A DNA stretch of 59,285 nucleotides from Chara braunii (taxonomy: Eukaryota; Plantae; Charophyceae). The translations under genes were made by a program, and so were the position numbers. The stretch lies in NCBI GenBank assembly GCA_003427395.1, contig BFEA01000025.1:4706352-4765636 (forward strand), written 5' to 3'. A model generated the notes under the pieces. It saw only the letters and a program-made list of their open reading frames with translations. It was not told the DNA's origin and made no database searches. Shown here piece after piece: positions 11,401 through 24,138 of the stretch. Position 1 is the stretch's first letter; each line of letters starts with the position of its first letter.

Positions 11401-12335
11401 TGTTTCTACATTAAGCGGCGACTGGACATTGGCGCAAGGAAGGTGCCGTTGAAGTGGTAGTATATTTTGAAGTGGCGTGAGCGTGACACCACAGTACCAC
11501 GGTGGCGCTGAAGGCGAGTGACGGTAACGTGAAGGCGTCGTCAGACTGTGGGGAAGTAATTATATTGGATGAGTGTCGCGACAAGCGATTGTTTTAAGAA
11601 GTGGTGTAGATCACTTTGCTGACAACTGGGGGTGACAACCTTCACGTCGAAAGGGGCGTGAACCTATACGGTTTTTTTTGGTATACCGTTCAACTTCATT
11701 CAAGGTCAATTCAATAGTCAGTTTGACTCAAACCCTTTCACGCCCGTGTGAACTCACACTTTGTTTGACCTTGGTCATTAAATGTTCTCTGAAAGGGCAT
11801 AGCTCATCGGCCCCCACCTTTTCTTATGAAAAAGTTAGGGTCCTCCCGACCACGTCACGCAGGAGTTAAAACAAAACTTAAAGACAACTTGAGGACGACG
11901 CACAATAATCCCGTGAGCCGCCGAGACGGACGCGGCCGAGTCGTCCTTTTGTCGCTTTAGCCGGGTGCGCCAACTGTACATCCCGCGGTCCCCTACGACA
12001 CGATTTTAGCGGGGCATAAGCTTTCTTCCCTAAGGGGTTGTCACCACCCTTAGGGGCGTATCCCCACCGAGTTACTGACCCACATGCGAAGCTTTTACAT
12101 GCAATCCTGGAGGTGAGTCGGCCGAGGGCGTTTGCTCGCTCGATGTAGTATAGGCACACGTGATTAAAACGCCTGTTGAACCCGGACACCGCTCGTCACT
12201 TAGGACGTTGATCTCCTAAGGATAAAACGTACGCCGGTCGACTGGGGGGGGTTCAATTAAGTGAAACCACAACACACCCCTAGTCTCATACATATCATAC
12301 TCACATATATATCATACTCACATACATATCATACT

Positions 12336-12380
<45 letters not shown>

Positions 12381-13198
12381 AATTTATCCAGGTTTCTGAT
12401 AAGGGGTTGAAGAGATACAAACCCTTTCAGTTTGATGTATCTGGACCCTTTTCTCAAGGGAGATACATCGGGGAAAAGAATGTACTTAGCCTTTTCCTTT
12501 GCGGCCCCTCAATTTTCAGGCTCCCTTCAAAAACGGGAGCCTGACAGTTACCTCTGGCATCTTGTACCAGAGGTAACACTTCGTGAGGACAAGTGTCCTC
12601 ACACGAATAAAGAAAAACAACTAAAAGAAAAATAAAATAAAACTAATCCCTAACTACACTGCACATGGCCCTTTCCCCAGTCAGGTGCATGCTATTGCAT
12701 GCAACAACCTTTCCTCATTTTTCTCTGCCTTCCCCTGAAAATGGGGAGGGTAGTTGGCAGGTTGAGAGGAGTAGGACCTCCTCCTCCCAACTCCCACGTT
12801 CTCCTCTCTCTCCCTCCAACCAACTCCCACAATCTCATTCCCATGTGCGCATCGTGAGCCACGAGATTCTAGATCTCGCGGCCACGAATATTCGTGGCTT
12901 TTCTAAATGGGGAGTTGGTTCTGCTCCCATACAGCCTGTAAAAATTGTTCTTCCTTTTGTTCCTCACGAGGCAGTTGCCTCGTTTTTTTTTTTTTTTTTT
13001 CCAACAGTCACGAACTGAGCAAAAAGAAAAGAAACAACAATAAGAGAAAAAAAAAATTAAAAAAAATGAACTTATCTCGTTTTTCGTTTTGCCTGCTAAA
13101 GCAAACGAAACGAACGCCTGGGCATTCCAAACAGCAGTGGGCCATGAATACTGTCACGTTCTAGCGGATGATTCATTCGATTTTGCTCATCCTGTCGT

Positions 13199-13253
13199 TG
13201 GTTGTCGGGGTGCAGCCCCCTGATGAGTCGGTGCAAGCCCGACGAAACAGCCA
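13199..13253 (+). ncRNA. Type III hammerhead ribozyme, canonical core, GUC triplet (predicted cut after 13206)
   Basis: UGGUUGUC-GGGG-UGCAG-CCCC-CUGAUGA-GUCGG-UGCAAGC-CCGAC-GAAA-CAGCCA; all three stems pair. Flanking GGATGATT (13166) and AATCATCC (13259) could extend the fold. Confidence 0.93.
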
Positions 13254-13272
13254 GGCACAATCATCCCCCCGC

Positions 13273-13378
<106 letters not shown>

Positions 13379-13720
13379 TCATAAGCCTCTAGTTCATGCG
13401 TTACAATGCCCAGCTGCCCGTTTATAAGACGAACGGGCGCTGAACTAAAATCTAAAAAAAAATCTAAGAAAATCTAAGAAAAAAAAAAAAAAACGGTCTA
13501 ACACCGTTGAAAATGGTGTCTGCTTTACAGGGACTATACGTCTCTGTTCTTCTCAGTGCACCATTTGACGCTTGTTTTTTTTTTTTTTTTTTTTTTTTTA
13601 TATAGAGATATGCCGTTGGCATAAGCCAACGGCTACTGCAACCTGCGCCAACCTTGCTGGCATTCCCCCCCCCCTTTCTCCTGCCGATGCACAGGCCCGA
13701 GTTCGATTTTGTAAGGAATC

Positions 13721-13780
13721 AAAAAAAAAAATTTGTCATTTCTCAATTTATGCGTGTCATCCTTGCGCAGGGGCCATGCT
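13721..13780 (-). pseudogene. U6: U6 snRNA 3'-half fragment with oligo-U tail
   Basis: Reverse complement AGCATGGCCCCTGCGCAAGGATGACACGCATAAATTGAGAAATGACAAA followed by a T tract. Confidence 0.93.
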
Positions 13781-16700
13781 GCAATAGCGCGGCCGTTTTC
13801 GACTGTAAGATCTAACGATCTCGCGGCCGAAAATGGCCGCGCCTCATGCTCATGTAGTGGGCAGCTCCAAAAAGGAGCTAGCCCAGTTAGAGTATCACGA
13901 GGCTCGATCCCAGCATCAGCTGAGTGGAAGTCGAATGTTGTACCTACTGGGCTAGATCCTATCATGGAAGCTATACCAGCCGCCCTTCTATTTGAAGGGT
14001 TGCCGCCCAGTAGGCTGACTGCGTTCCAAGCTAAGCAGGTACAGTCTGCCTATCCCTTCCAAGGGCAGGTTGCATTGTCACGTGGCCAACTGGGTTTGGC
14101 CTAGTAGGCCAGGCAATCCACCATTTTTGTTCGTGGATTCGCCCTCGGGCTCCTGATGGTACGTTCTCTTTGAAGTGACACGGCACTCTTATAGCCGTGT
14201 TAGCCCTTCTTATTGCCGCCGTACCCCTGACACGGCTAATTTTTGGTTTTTCTAGTCCTGAATCGCGAGGCTTAACAGTCGCGCGACCAAATTTTAGTCA
14301 AAACAATATTTTATGTTAGTGTTTTCACCGCCGTCTCTCTCTCCAACCTCGTTTTTAATGTAAGGGCGTCTGGTTACACCGTCCACCCTTGCCATTGTAT
14401 CTGTCGACAGATTGACGGCTGCATAAAATTTTAAATTTCATTCAAATCGCGGACGAGTCGGAATATTCCAGCAGTATTTCTATTTCGTCAAACCAAACCT
14501 TTCAAAACTTTCATCAGAATTCGAACATCGTCCGATATTGAAAATACAGGGCAGATACCCTTGTCAGGGTTTCTGTCCCGACAACGGCTCCTTCTCGGGT
14601 GCCACCATCCTTTTTTGGCCTACTTAGGCTCTAAATCGCGCGGCTCAACAACCAAGCGTCATTATTTTAGGTAAGATTGGTTTAACATTCCCGTGACCAT
14701 GTCCTTTTGCGGCCCTATAAGGAACCATGTCTGACTGGTCACACTGCCGATTATTGTCATTATGTCCGGAAAAGAAAATTCAGTTTTCTCGGTTATAGGG
14801 TAAGTCTAAATAAACTTTTGGAAGACGTCAATCTCATCAAGTCTCTCAATTCATTGGAAAAGTCGGATAACGTTCGACATTGAAAAACCTGAGCAGATAC
14901 CCTTGTAAGGGTTTCTGTTCCGATACCATAACTCGGAAAAGCTAAAGCGTCTGAGCGAGGCCCGCGCGGAGTTGTATAAAAATAACATAACCGCTAAGGG
15001 AACCATAATGCTCAGTCATGTGTACTCACTTGATCTGCTATCATGGCGATGCTTCATGCGTTACGCACATTCTAGCAACCTCTCATGGGTTTGAGGATTG
15101 CGTGTGACACTCACATGTCGAAAGTGAAATACCGTGAAGGGTTTCTCCTTCACGATATTGAACGGTTTATGGATAAGACGTCCAGCCCTTGCGGCAACCG
15201 TGTCTTTTAGGCAGTGGGTAACGATAAGCAAGGGGCGCAAGTCCGGCTCATGAGGGAAACCCTTTTGTGTCGGACCAGAGTCTAAGATATCATGGACAAA
15301 GACCTCAAATGTCAGGCTCAAGACTAATGTCCGAAGAATAATCTAAAAAGTAAAACCCCTTGGAGACGGGGTTCGCTCGTCCTTCCCCTACGAAAAGAAA
15401 ATACAAATGTAACGGGTTGACGAGCAATTCACTATACTCAAACTAAGTCTTAGTCCGATCTAAGGTTGAGCGCTAAACCTTTTACTCGGCTACTCCTGCC
15501 TGTTCGTTAGATGTGTGCGGCAAGAGGAAAAAAAAAAAAAAAAAAGGGGGAGTCTCGGAGGAAATCAGGAAGAGTTATTCTCACAACCATAGTTGAACTT
15601 TGTCACACACACCCTGCACTCATTCATCCATATTGTCCTTAATTCAGGAGCGAACCCTCACTCCCATACATACATGTACATATATGAAGCCCAATGAAAA
15701 TCCATACGCAGATGTTAGAAAACGTGGTCAACCCCTTTGCCCCCATGTTCATGTCTCACACGCCCCTTTCCGACCCCCACTCAGCAAAGTATTACCCGCC
15801 CGTCCCGATTCACATAGCTTTGCATGACTATTCAAGAGAGGTTTCAAAGATAGGTTTTCTTTCATATGAAAATGTTTTTCACCAACAGGGTTACAAACAT
15901 CTAGACGTGGATATCATGATGGGTAGGAGTTGAGTGGCAAACCGACCTGTTATCAATCTGACAGCAGAAGCTCAAGACTTCGAAGAAAACACTTGCAGGT
16001 AGCAATGACTTGCGTCACAAAATAAAAGCAGACATCACCTATCGAATTAACGGAGTTAGAATCTGTATTGCACTCTAAGCTACTTAGCAGTAACGTCTGG
16101 TGACAATGTGAAAATCCTTAAAATTTCGGCAACACTTCCTTTAGGGAAGTGTGCTCGAAGAATGTTAACTCTACCAAATCTGAAAAGAAAAACTTGTGAC
16201 TAAAAAAATATATGAAAATAAACTGACTTTTTGGTTTCAGTATAAATTTCGGCAGCACTTCCTTTAGAAAGGAAGGCTTCCAAAATTCTTACTGTCCCCA
16301 AAGACTAAACTATATTCTATCCTTGCTGACATGTCTGAAACTTGACTAACTTTGAGTATTTAACAAAAATTTTGGCAGCATCTCCCCTAAGGGAAAGAGA
16401 CTCTCATAACTTATATTAACTTAGAGGTTAGCGAATGTCCTACAAAAAACAATCATGCATGAAAAAACAAATGCGAAAACAAAAGTGGATATCTACCTGC
16501 CTATTACTCAAGCATAAGGCGAGCACTAACATACTACCCTACTAAAGCAAAAAACAGACAGAACTTCAGTAAAAAGACAAGTCATTGTCAGCAAGCATGT
16601 CATATCCATAATGCATTCAGCCAATTCAAAACAAGGGTTTATTTATTCAAAAATTTTATCTCTTGCTTGTCCTGATCACAAAAAACATAAGTCTTGTATC

Positions 16701-16834
16701 TTATTTAGTTAATTAACTTTCCAAGTTATTCTCAGTCAAACCCCATTCAATCACTAACGCATTAGTCTGGACTATTAAGTTCTTTCAAGGAGAATAGTCA
16801 GACCTTTGTCAACAAACAAAACTAACTGATTTGG

Positions 16835-18005
16835 CAAAGCGGCCGGATCGGTTAGCAGAACCTCATCTCCAACTACATTTCAATGTCTTAGGTAAACAAG
16901 CAAAGCGACTGGATCAGTCAGCAAGATTTCATCTCTAGCCCCATTTCAATGTCTTAAGCAAACAAGCAGAGCTATCGGATCAGTCAGGAGGACCTCATCT
17001 CCAACCCCATTTCAATGTCTTAGTAAACGAGCAATGCGACCGGATCAGTCAAGAGAACCTCATCTTCAGCCTCATTGCAATGTTTTAGGCAAATGAGCAA
17101 AGCGAACGGATCAGTCAGGTGGACTTCATCTTCAGCCCAATTTCAATGTCTTAAGAAAACATGTAAAGCGACTGGATCAGTTAGGAAAATTTCATCTCCA
17201 GCCCCATGTCAATGTCTTAAGCAAACAAGCAAAGTGACCGGATCAGTTGGGCGGACCTAATCGTCAACCTAATTTCAACGTCCTAAGCAAACAAGCAAAG
17301 CAACGGGATCATTCAGGAGTACCTCATCTCCAGTCCCATTTCAATGTCTTAAGCAAACAAGTAAAGCAACCGGATCAGTCGAGAGGACCTCATCTCCAAC
17401 CCCATTTCAATGTCTTAGACAAATGAACAAAGCGACCGGATCAGTCAGGAGGACGTCATCTCCAGCCTCATTTCAATGTCTTAAGCAAACAAGCAAAACA
17501 ACCGGATGAGTCAGGAGAACCTCATCTCCAACCCCATTTCAATGTCTTAAGCAAATAAGCAAAGCAACCGGATCAGTCAGGAGAACCTCATCTCCAGCCT
17601 CATTTCAATGTCTTAAGCAAACAAGCAAAGCGACCGAATCAGTTAGAAGGATATCATCTCCAAACCCATTTCAATGTGTTAAGCAAACAAGCAAACCGAC
17701 CGGATAAGTCAGGAGGACCTCATCTTCAGCCTCATTTTAATATTTTAAGCAAACGAGCAAAGCGACCGGATCAGTCCGGAGGAACTCATCTCCAACCTCA
17801 TTTCAATGTCTTAAGCAAACAAGCAAAGCAACTGGATCAGTCAGAAGGACCTTATCTCCAACCCCATTTCAATGTCTTAAGCAAACAAGCAAAGCAATCG
17901 GATCAGTTAAGAGGACCTCATCTCCAACCCCATTTCAATGTCTTCGACAAACAAACAAAGCGACCAGATCAGTCAGCAAAACATAATCGGCAACCTCATT
18001 TCAAA
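16835..18005. repeat. 66-bp tandem array, about 18 copies
   Basis: Unit GGATCAGTCAGGAGGACCTCATCTCCAACCCCATTTCAATGTCTTAAGCAAACAAGCAAAGCGACC recurring at 16845, 16911, 16977 ... 17966. Confidence 0.95.
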
Positions 18006-18650
18006 TCATCGCACGCAAAAATAATAATTTTTACTACAGACAGATGAATTAAACATGCATAGTAAAATGTTTTTTGATTCGGTTAGTCCTGAAAAATAAG
18101 GCAAACATAAATAAGTCAAAGTCAAACAGACCAAACACCAGGTTTGTATAGATAGGGGTAAGTTGAGATTCTAATGGTATTGAGTCGGCCTACCTCTGAG
18201 TTCCCTGTCTCCAGAGTCCCGCTTAGGCTCCGACAGAGCTTCCGCAATCAGTGGGTCAACCTCCAACAAAGACGTTGACGCAGTCCTACGGGTTGCAATC
18301 CCACCTGCGGCCTTCCTCTCCAAACACAGACTAGAGTGCGAGGAAAAATGATAGAAAAAGAAAAGTCCGATGTTCGAGATACGAGAAGGGGCCAACTCAA
18401 CTCACACGATAGGACATTGGTGCCTTCATATCCTAAGGGGCCCACAATGGTGGCCAAAATGCAGAGTCCACAATCAAATTCGTGGCCGGAATAAAACGAA
18501 AAATTTGTCTTTGAAGAAACTGAAGTCTTAGCAGCTTCCCAACTAATGTGTTTAACACACCGCCGAATAGGTAAGTCTCCAAGTTTGCTCCTCACGCCAC
18601 TCCCTTCGATCCAATGGGCAATGCACCGTACAACAAGGAAGTCTTCAAAT

Positions 18651-18968
18651 TCGTTGTTGGTCTGTTGCTGCTTTCTTCGACTGTGTGAGTAACGCACAGT
18701 CCAAAAGGTAAGCCTCCCGTCGTTGTTGGCCTGTTGCTGCTTCCTTCGACTGTGTGAGTAACACACATTCCAACAGGTAAGTCTCCCATCGTTGCTGGTC
18801 TGTTGCTGCTTCCTTCAACTGTGTAAGTAACGCACAGTCCAACATGTAAGCCTCCAGTCGCTGCTAGCCTGTTGCTGCTTTCTTCGACTGAGTGAGTCAC
18901 ACACAGTCCAACAGGTAAGCGTCTAGTCCGTTGCTGGCTTGTTGCTGCTTCCTTCGACTGTGTGAGTA
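18651..18968. repeat. 69-bp tandem array, about 4.5 copies
   Basis: Unit GTTGTTGGTCTGTTGCTGCTTYCTTCGACTGTGTGAGTAACRCACAGTCCAACAGGTAAGYCTCCCRTC. Confidence 0.92.
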
Positions 18969-21900
18969 AAATCGAAATAAAAACTTTCGCTAAATTATCA
19001 AGGTATATATTGTTATAGAGTCGCATGCATCCTCGCCCATTAATATCGCTTGTTTATTATAGCAACCAAGTTAAGAACAAATCTTTCACTGGTTAATGAG
19101 AGGACACATTGTCATAAAATAATTTAAACTTGTTCCGCTCCAGGTACGTATTCGACTGCCTCCTTCTTCCTGTCTTTCTCTCTTTTTATATGTATCCACG
19201 CACCTGGCTCGAGGCAGGCCCGGTTTAATCTGCTTGTGTTATGAACAACGTGAAGAGAACGTGCATGACTCATGTAGATGGTTGTGGTCTTCATGAGGGC
19301 AGATGACTACTAATAGTATGAAGGTCGTGAACTATAGTGAAGGCTTTGAATCGATGATCTTACTGAAGAACAGAGTCCGACGAGTCTGCGACCAAAATGA
19401 GGGGCAGCGTCGGGGTCGAGATGAGCAAAGCAGGTACGACCTTGAAAACGATTATGACCATTGGGCAACTGATCACAACTGGAAGATGACGATCACGAAT
19501 GGGCTATGAGATTGTTGATCGGATGCAACTACGGGCCACGCAACATTACTCTCCAAAATTGCAAAAAGAGAGAGTGGATCTCCCGCTCGAACACGAAACG
19601 ATAAATTGTGATCTCCCCATACCCTCCAGCTTATACCGCCCAATCCACTCCTCGAATCCACGTTCTGACATGGCCATCAAATGAGGGGCGCTCTGAAACT
19701 CCCCACAAACAACTTCACGTGCCCAAAATGGGCAAAAAAAAACGATCGAAATTCATATATTTTCACCCCTGCCTTCTTTCTACTGCCTACTAGCTACCTT
19801 CACCTTGCTCAAACTTACATTTGGTTGATCATGAATCTGGCCGAGATATCAATTATGTGCGTGTATACCACTGGGTTGGAGAGGCTGCATTTGTCGTCAC
19901 TTGCTTCAATAGTGACTGGGCAATCGAAGAGTGTGCCTTTCGTCAGATCGCAGCCAGACAGAAAGCCCATCGGTCGCAACTCCATCCATGAGTAAACTGG
20001 GATCCGGACAGCTGTCCTGGGGCGGCAAGGCGACGATGAGTCTTCGAAAGGCCGGCGAGCAGCGAGCGGGGCATCACCTTGAAGAGAACAGCCACGAGTT
20101 TGTGTTTCGCTCCCGACTATCTGAATGTGCAAAATAAGAATTAATCTTCTACTAGAACATGAGAAGATACATCCCCTTACCGTGGAAAAGGCCGCTAGTG
20201 CATTGCTTTCATTCAATCTCCCTCTCCTAGCTATGCCCGCTAGTGCACTTGCTTCCCTCAATCTGGCCGGTTGCACGAGATAAAAATGAGGGTGGATTTT
20301 CTATATTAATATAGAAATATACGTTGTTTTCCAACCGTGCGCACTGTTTGGCACCGTAGCTCGACTTTCGGTTCATCCCGCATTCACCATGGTGAGTCCT
20401 TACTCTCTCTCCCGCTCTTGTTTTCTTCTTTCGATCTTCCCCTTTCTTTTTCCTGCCCCTACCTCACGTAGCTCGTCTCTCTAACCATACACACAGCAAA
20501 CATCACATCCAAATTTGGTCACAAATTCGAGTCGAAACGAATTCATGTCTATTAGAAACTATCATTCTCTCGCATCCCCTACAGCTCACACTGACTCATT
20601 CGTTGGCCCATCGCCAAATCTGGTGCGGCCTATTGATTTATGTTGCCTTAAAACCCCCATTTAGTACTTCAGTTCGACGAAATCGGTCAAGAAATGACCG
20701 AGATACGTCAACTTTTCACCCCCTTCTTCCTCTTCGACACTTTCCTCGACCCCTTTGCTCGACTCTTTTTCCTTCTACCTCCCTACCTGTTACTGTAACA
20801 CCTAAACTATCATCATCATTGAGCTCGCCCAACCCAAAAACCCGTATTTCAACTCTTCCCTTGCCCAATTTCGTTATCAAACGGGCAGGATATGAGTTTT
20901 ATATTCCACTATGCCACTTCCTTCGTTTTCGTCAACTTCCTTTTTCCGCCTTCTCATATCTGGACCTGTTCTTGGCCAGGTTCACGCGTCTTCTCGCGTC
21001 CGCTCTGCTTCCCCTCTCATTCGCCTTCACCACTACCTTACCCCTTCCTCCTCTCACCAACCTCGCTCCTTCCTTCGCCTAACTCTTGTCTTCTCCATTC
21101 TTCTCTCTCCCATCCACTTTCTTCCTTGTTTCCCCCAATGTCCTTCTTCTCTCTGACTGGTTTTAGCACAACTCGGTGCAATGCAGCCTGACAACTCTAA
21201 GTTCAACCACTTTGAGAAAGACTGCGAAGGGGACCAGCCAATGACCGATCTAGTAAGTCTTTCGTCCCTACTACCGAAGTCCGACGAATGATTGGCAGAG
21301 GGGAACTTCAAAGGAATCCCTCTATTCCCCTCGTCTGATTAGTCTTTCGCCCCTATACTGGAGTCCGACGATCGCTTAACACACGAGTCTCACCTTGAGT
21401 TGTTTCGAAGGGAACTAACTGTTGGTTGGTTCCACTAGTCTTTTGGTCCTATACCACGGTCCGACGGACGACCTGTGCGCCAATCTGCGAGCCGCTGCCT
21501 GAGTTTTATTTGGTTGCGCCCTACCTTCTTGTAGTGCTCCACCTTTCGGACCCCAATGGACATGCTCACACTCAAACCTCTATTGATCGTGCCTCGCCAA
21601 GGCACATTTCCCTATTTCTCGGGTCTCACGAGCCTGCCACACTTCAGATCTTCCAGCAGCAAACCCTGGCTATGGACGGTGCATCTTCAGGAGACCTCGC
21701 CACTCTGGACCCCGCTGCTCCGTGGGGTTTGCACTCACGGCTCACCTGCGCATTCGCCCTGTCGGTTTGTGTTCTCGAGACGGGGAGGATAGAGGAATTT
21801 TGTCAGCATCTCGAACACGCAGGAGCCCAAACGGGCCGGCCCAAAAAGAGGCTCGTGCTCAAGGTCATCAATTGCCGTGATGGCCACTCGTGGGGGTTGT

Positions 21901-22899
21901 GATAGCTCCCCACTACAATGCTAGTCACTACTGCCCAATACTGGCACGCACCTCTCCTTTCAAGCAAGGAGAGCGACAACGCAGTCGTCATTAATCCTGC
22001 CTAGACGGGGATGCACGACTTTCCTCCATCTTCTTCTTGCTCGGCGATTTCAAGCACTCTTTAATTCTCTCCTTGAAGTTATTTTCATCCTTCCTCCGTG
22101 GTACTCCTTCGCCGTCGGTACCGGAGTCAGCTTTCTGGCTTGGTCAGAGATGAAACTTTAAGAATGGAGAAAAATAAAGATAAAAATAAAAACGAGTCAA
22201 AAATAAAATTAGTAGAATTGACGAGGACGAGGACCCGTTGGCACCTTCTTGGTCTCACCAGTCGGACCCAGGCCCAGACGCGTTCGGCAAAACCAATAGG
22301 GATAGTCCCATAAGACCCTCGACCCCTCAATCTTCGCCTGTTGCGCTCCTTCTCTCCTTAATCGTTCGCTGGCCTCGAACCCCAATCTCGTCGCTTGAAA
22401 ATCTAGTATTGTAAACAATAGGGCTAAGCCCAAGTATGAGTTAGGTAGGTGCGAACCTGGATATGAATATTCACGGGACTGTAATTGGTTTATCGACACA
22501 AACTAGGCCCTCACCTTGGTCTATCGACCAGTCTCCCGATCGTCAAAAAACACCGTCTGTGCCTAGGATCGCAACTATGTGGTATCCTGGTCATCAGGCG
22601 CACGACATGCTTTGTAGAACTCCTGATTTTCCCACATACTAGGTTTGCCAACACCGCGCCTTTCCATGGGTCGCCAAACATTGTCTTTCTGCGTGTGCAC
22701 AAGGTACGGTCTTCATTCTCCTTGCAACGCATATCGCCAGAGGTTGAGCCGGTTCGCGAAGTAAAGTTAGTCTTTATAAAATAAAAGAAAAATATAACCA
22801 AATTGAAAACTACAGAAAAGGTAACTGGACCCTATGGCTTTGACGCCTTCCGCCGGCCAGGTACTGCTGATGACTAACGGTTACTTCATAGTGCAACAG

Positions 22900-24138
22900 A
22901 ATAACGCATGCCCCTCACACTCTCTAATTCGGTCATATTCAACTCGGAGTCTCGCCAAGAGCGAGGTTGCCGAGGTGAGCGTTGTCGAGCGCATCAGTCC
23001 GACACCACTCATAGGTAGCGTGGGACCCTTCCGGCCGCGTCACGCAGGAGTCAGAGTACACATCCTCGTTGTGATATATACGTGGAGCTTTCGTAAGCCG
23101 CTCCGACCGGGTGCACCAGCCATACCTCTCGCGAGCCCCTACGACAGGACAGGGCCTACGCGAGGCACGACTACTCCCACCTTACGGGAGCTATCACCTC
23201 CCTTCGGTGGGCGTATCCCCGCCGAGCTACCAGTCCACAGTACGAAAGTTGATCAGCTGCAATCGCAGAGGTGGACCAGCTGAGGGCGTTTCTCGTTCGC
23301 TGTAGCATAGGGGGTACGCGCGGTATTACGCCTCTATCGGACCCGCACGCGAACCGACATCTTGGGGGGCTGAGGTCCCAAGCACGGCTCGTCGTCGGTC
23401 GACTAGGACGTATCCCACACGCCACGCGCACACCACTATAAGGTACATAAAAGTAAAGCACATGCACACATGCACACGAGTACTGAACGACGCAAATGAC
23501 GTACAACACGACACCCTCCTAGTCCCTTAGTATCCATCCCATAACTTCCTGGAGCGGAAATCGGTTGAGAATCGTGCGTGAGACTTAATCTAAAACTGCG
23601 CGGGCGTAGGCCTTCTTTTATCGACTAGCAATGCCAACTCACATAAGCAGTCGTGAAGATGGCGTACTATGCAGTGCCCATAATCGAGCGGTCCCTCGTG
23701 GATCCGAGTACCGCTTATGACACTCACGTGTCAGACTCGAAGTATCGTGAAGGTTCCGCCCTTCACGACATTGCACGGCTGAAGGACTAGCCGTGCGGCC
23801 GCCGCGGCACGTCCGGCTTTCGGCCCGAGTGCCCTGGCGGTCAAGGCAAATAGGCTCTGCCCGAGGGGGGTCCCCTTCAGTGCAGGGCCTAGGGCTTGAG
23901 ATGTCCTAGCCAAGGACCTTGAATCCCGGCCCAGGACCAACGTCCGACTAGCAATCTCCAAGAAGCACTTATCTAAGTAATGGGGTCGTCCTTTCTCTAT
24001 TAACCCAACCCCTGATTTACTCCTTAGCACGCGGCCCCCTTTCAGGCTACACAAGTACCTTACATAGGTACGCATACATATATATATACACACATATGTA
24101 CTCATATGGGAATGAACGTGTGACGATCACATCTCACA
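22900..24138 (-). mobile_element. Short (~1.2 kb) LTR of the same family, lacking the cargo module; left end approximate
   Basis: Starts TGTGAGA after the purine run AAGGAGGG-CCACTATGAC. 23717-23780 resembles 15104-15166, and 23020-23535 resembles 11840-12295. Confidence 0.65.

Larger units (their letters stand above)
15586..22900 (-). mobile_element. Internal region A of a non-autonomous (LARD-like) LTR element; no pol recognised
   Basis: Lies between two homologous LTRs and shares collinear blocks with 24139-30400 (15940~24497, 18194~26579, 20823~29549). Confidence 0.6.

Noticed and set aside
16835-18005. Possible CRISPR array (regular ~66-bp period); also the ~120-bp motif arrays
   Set aside because: The 66-bp units repeat along their whole length with no unique spacers, the context is a eukaryotic retrotransposon, and no cas genes are present.
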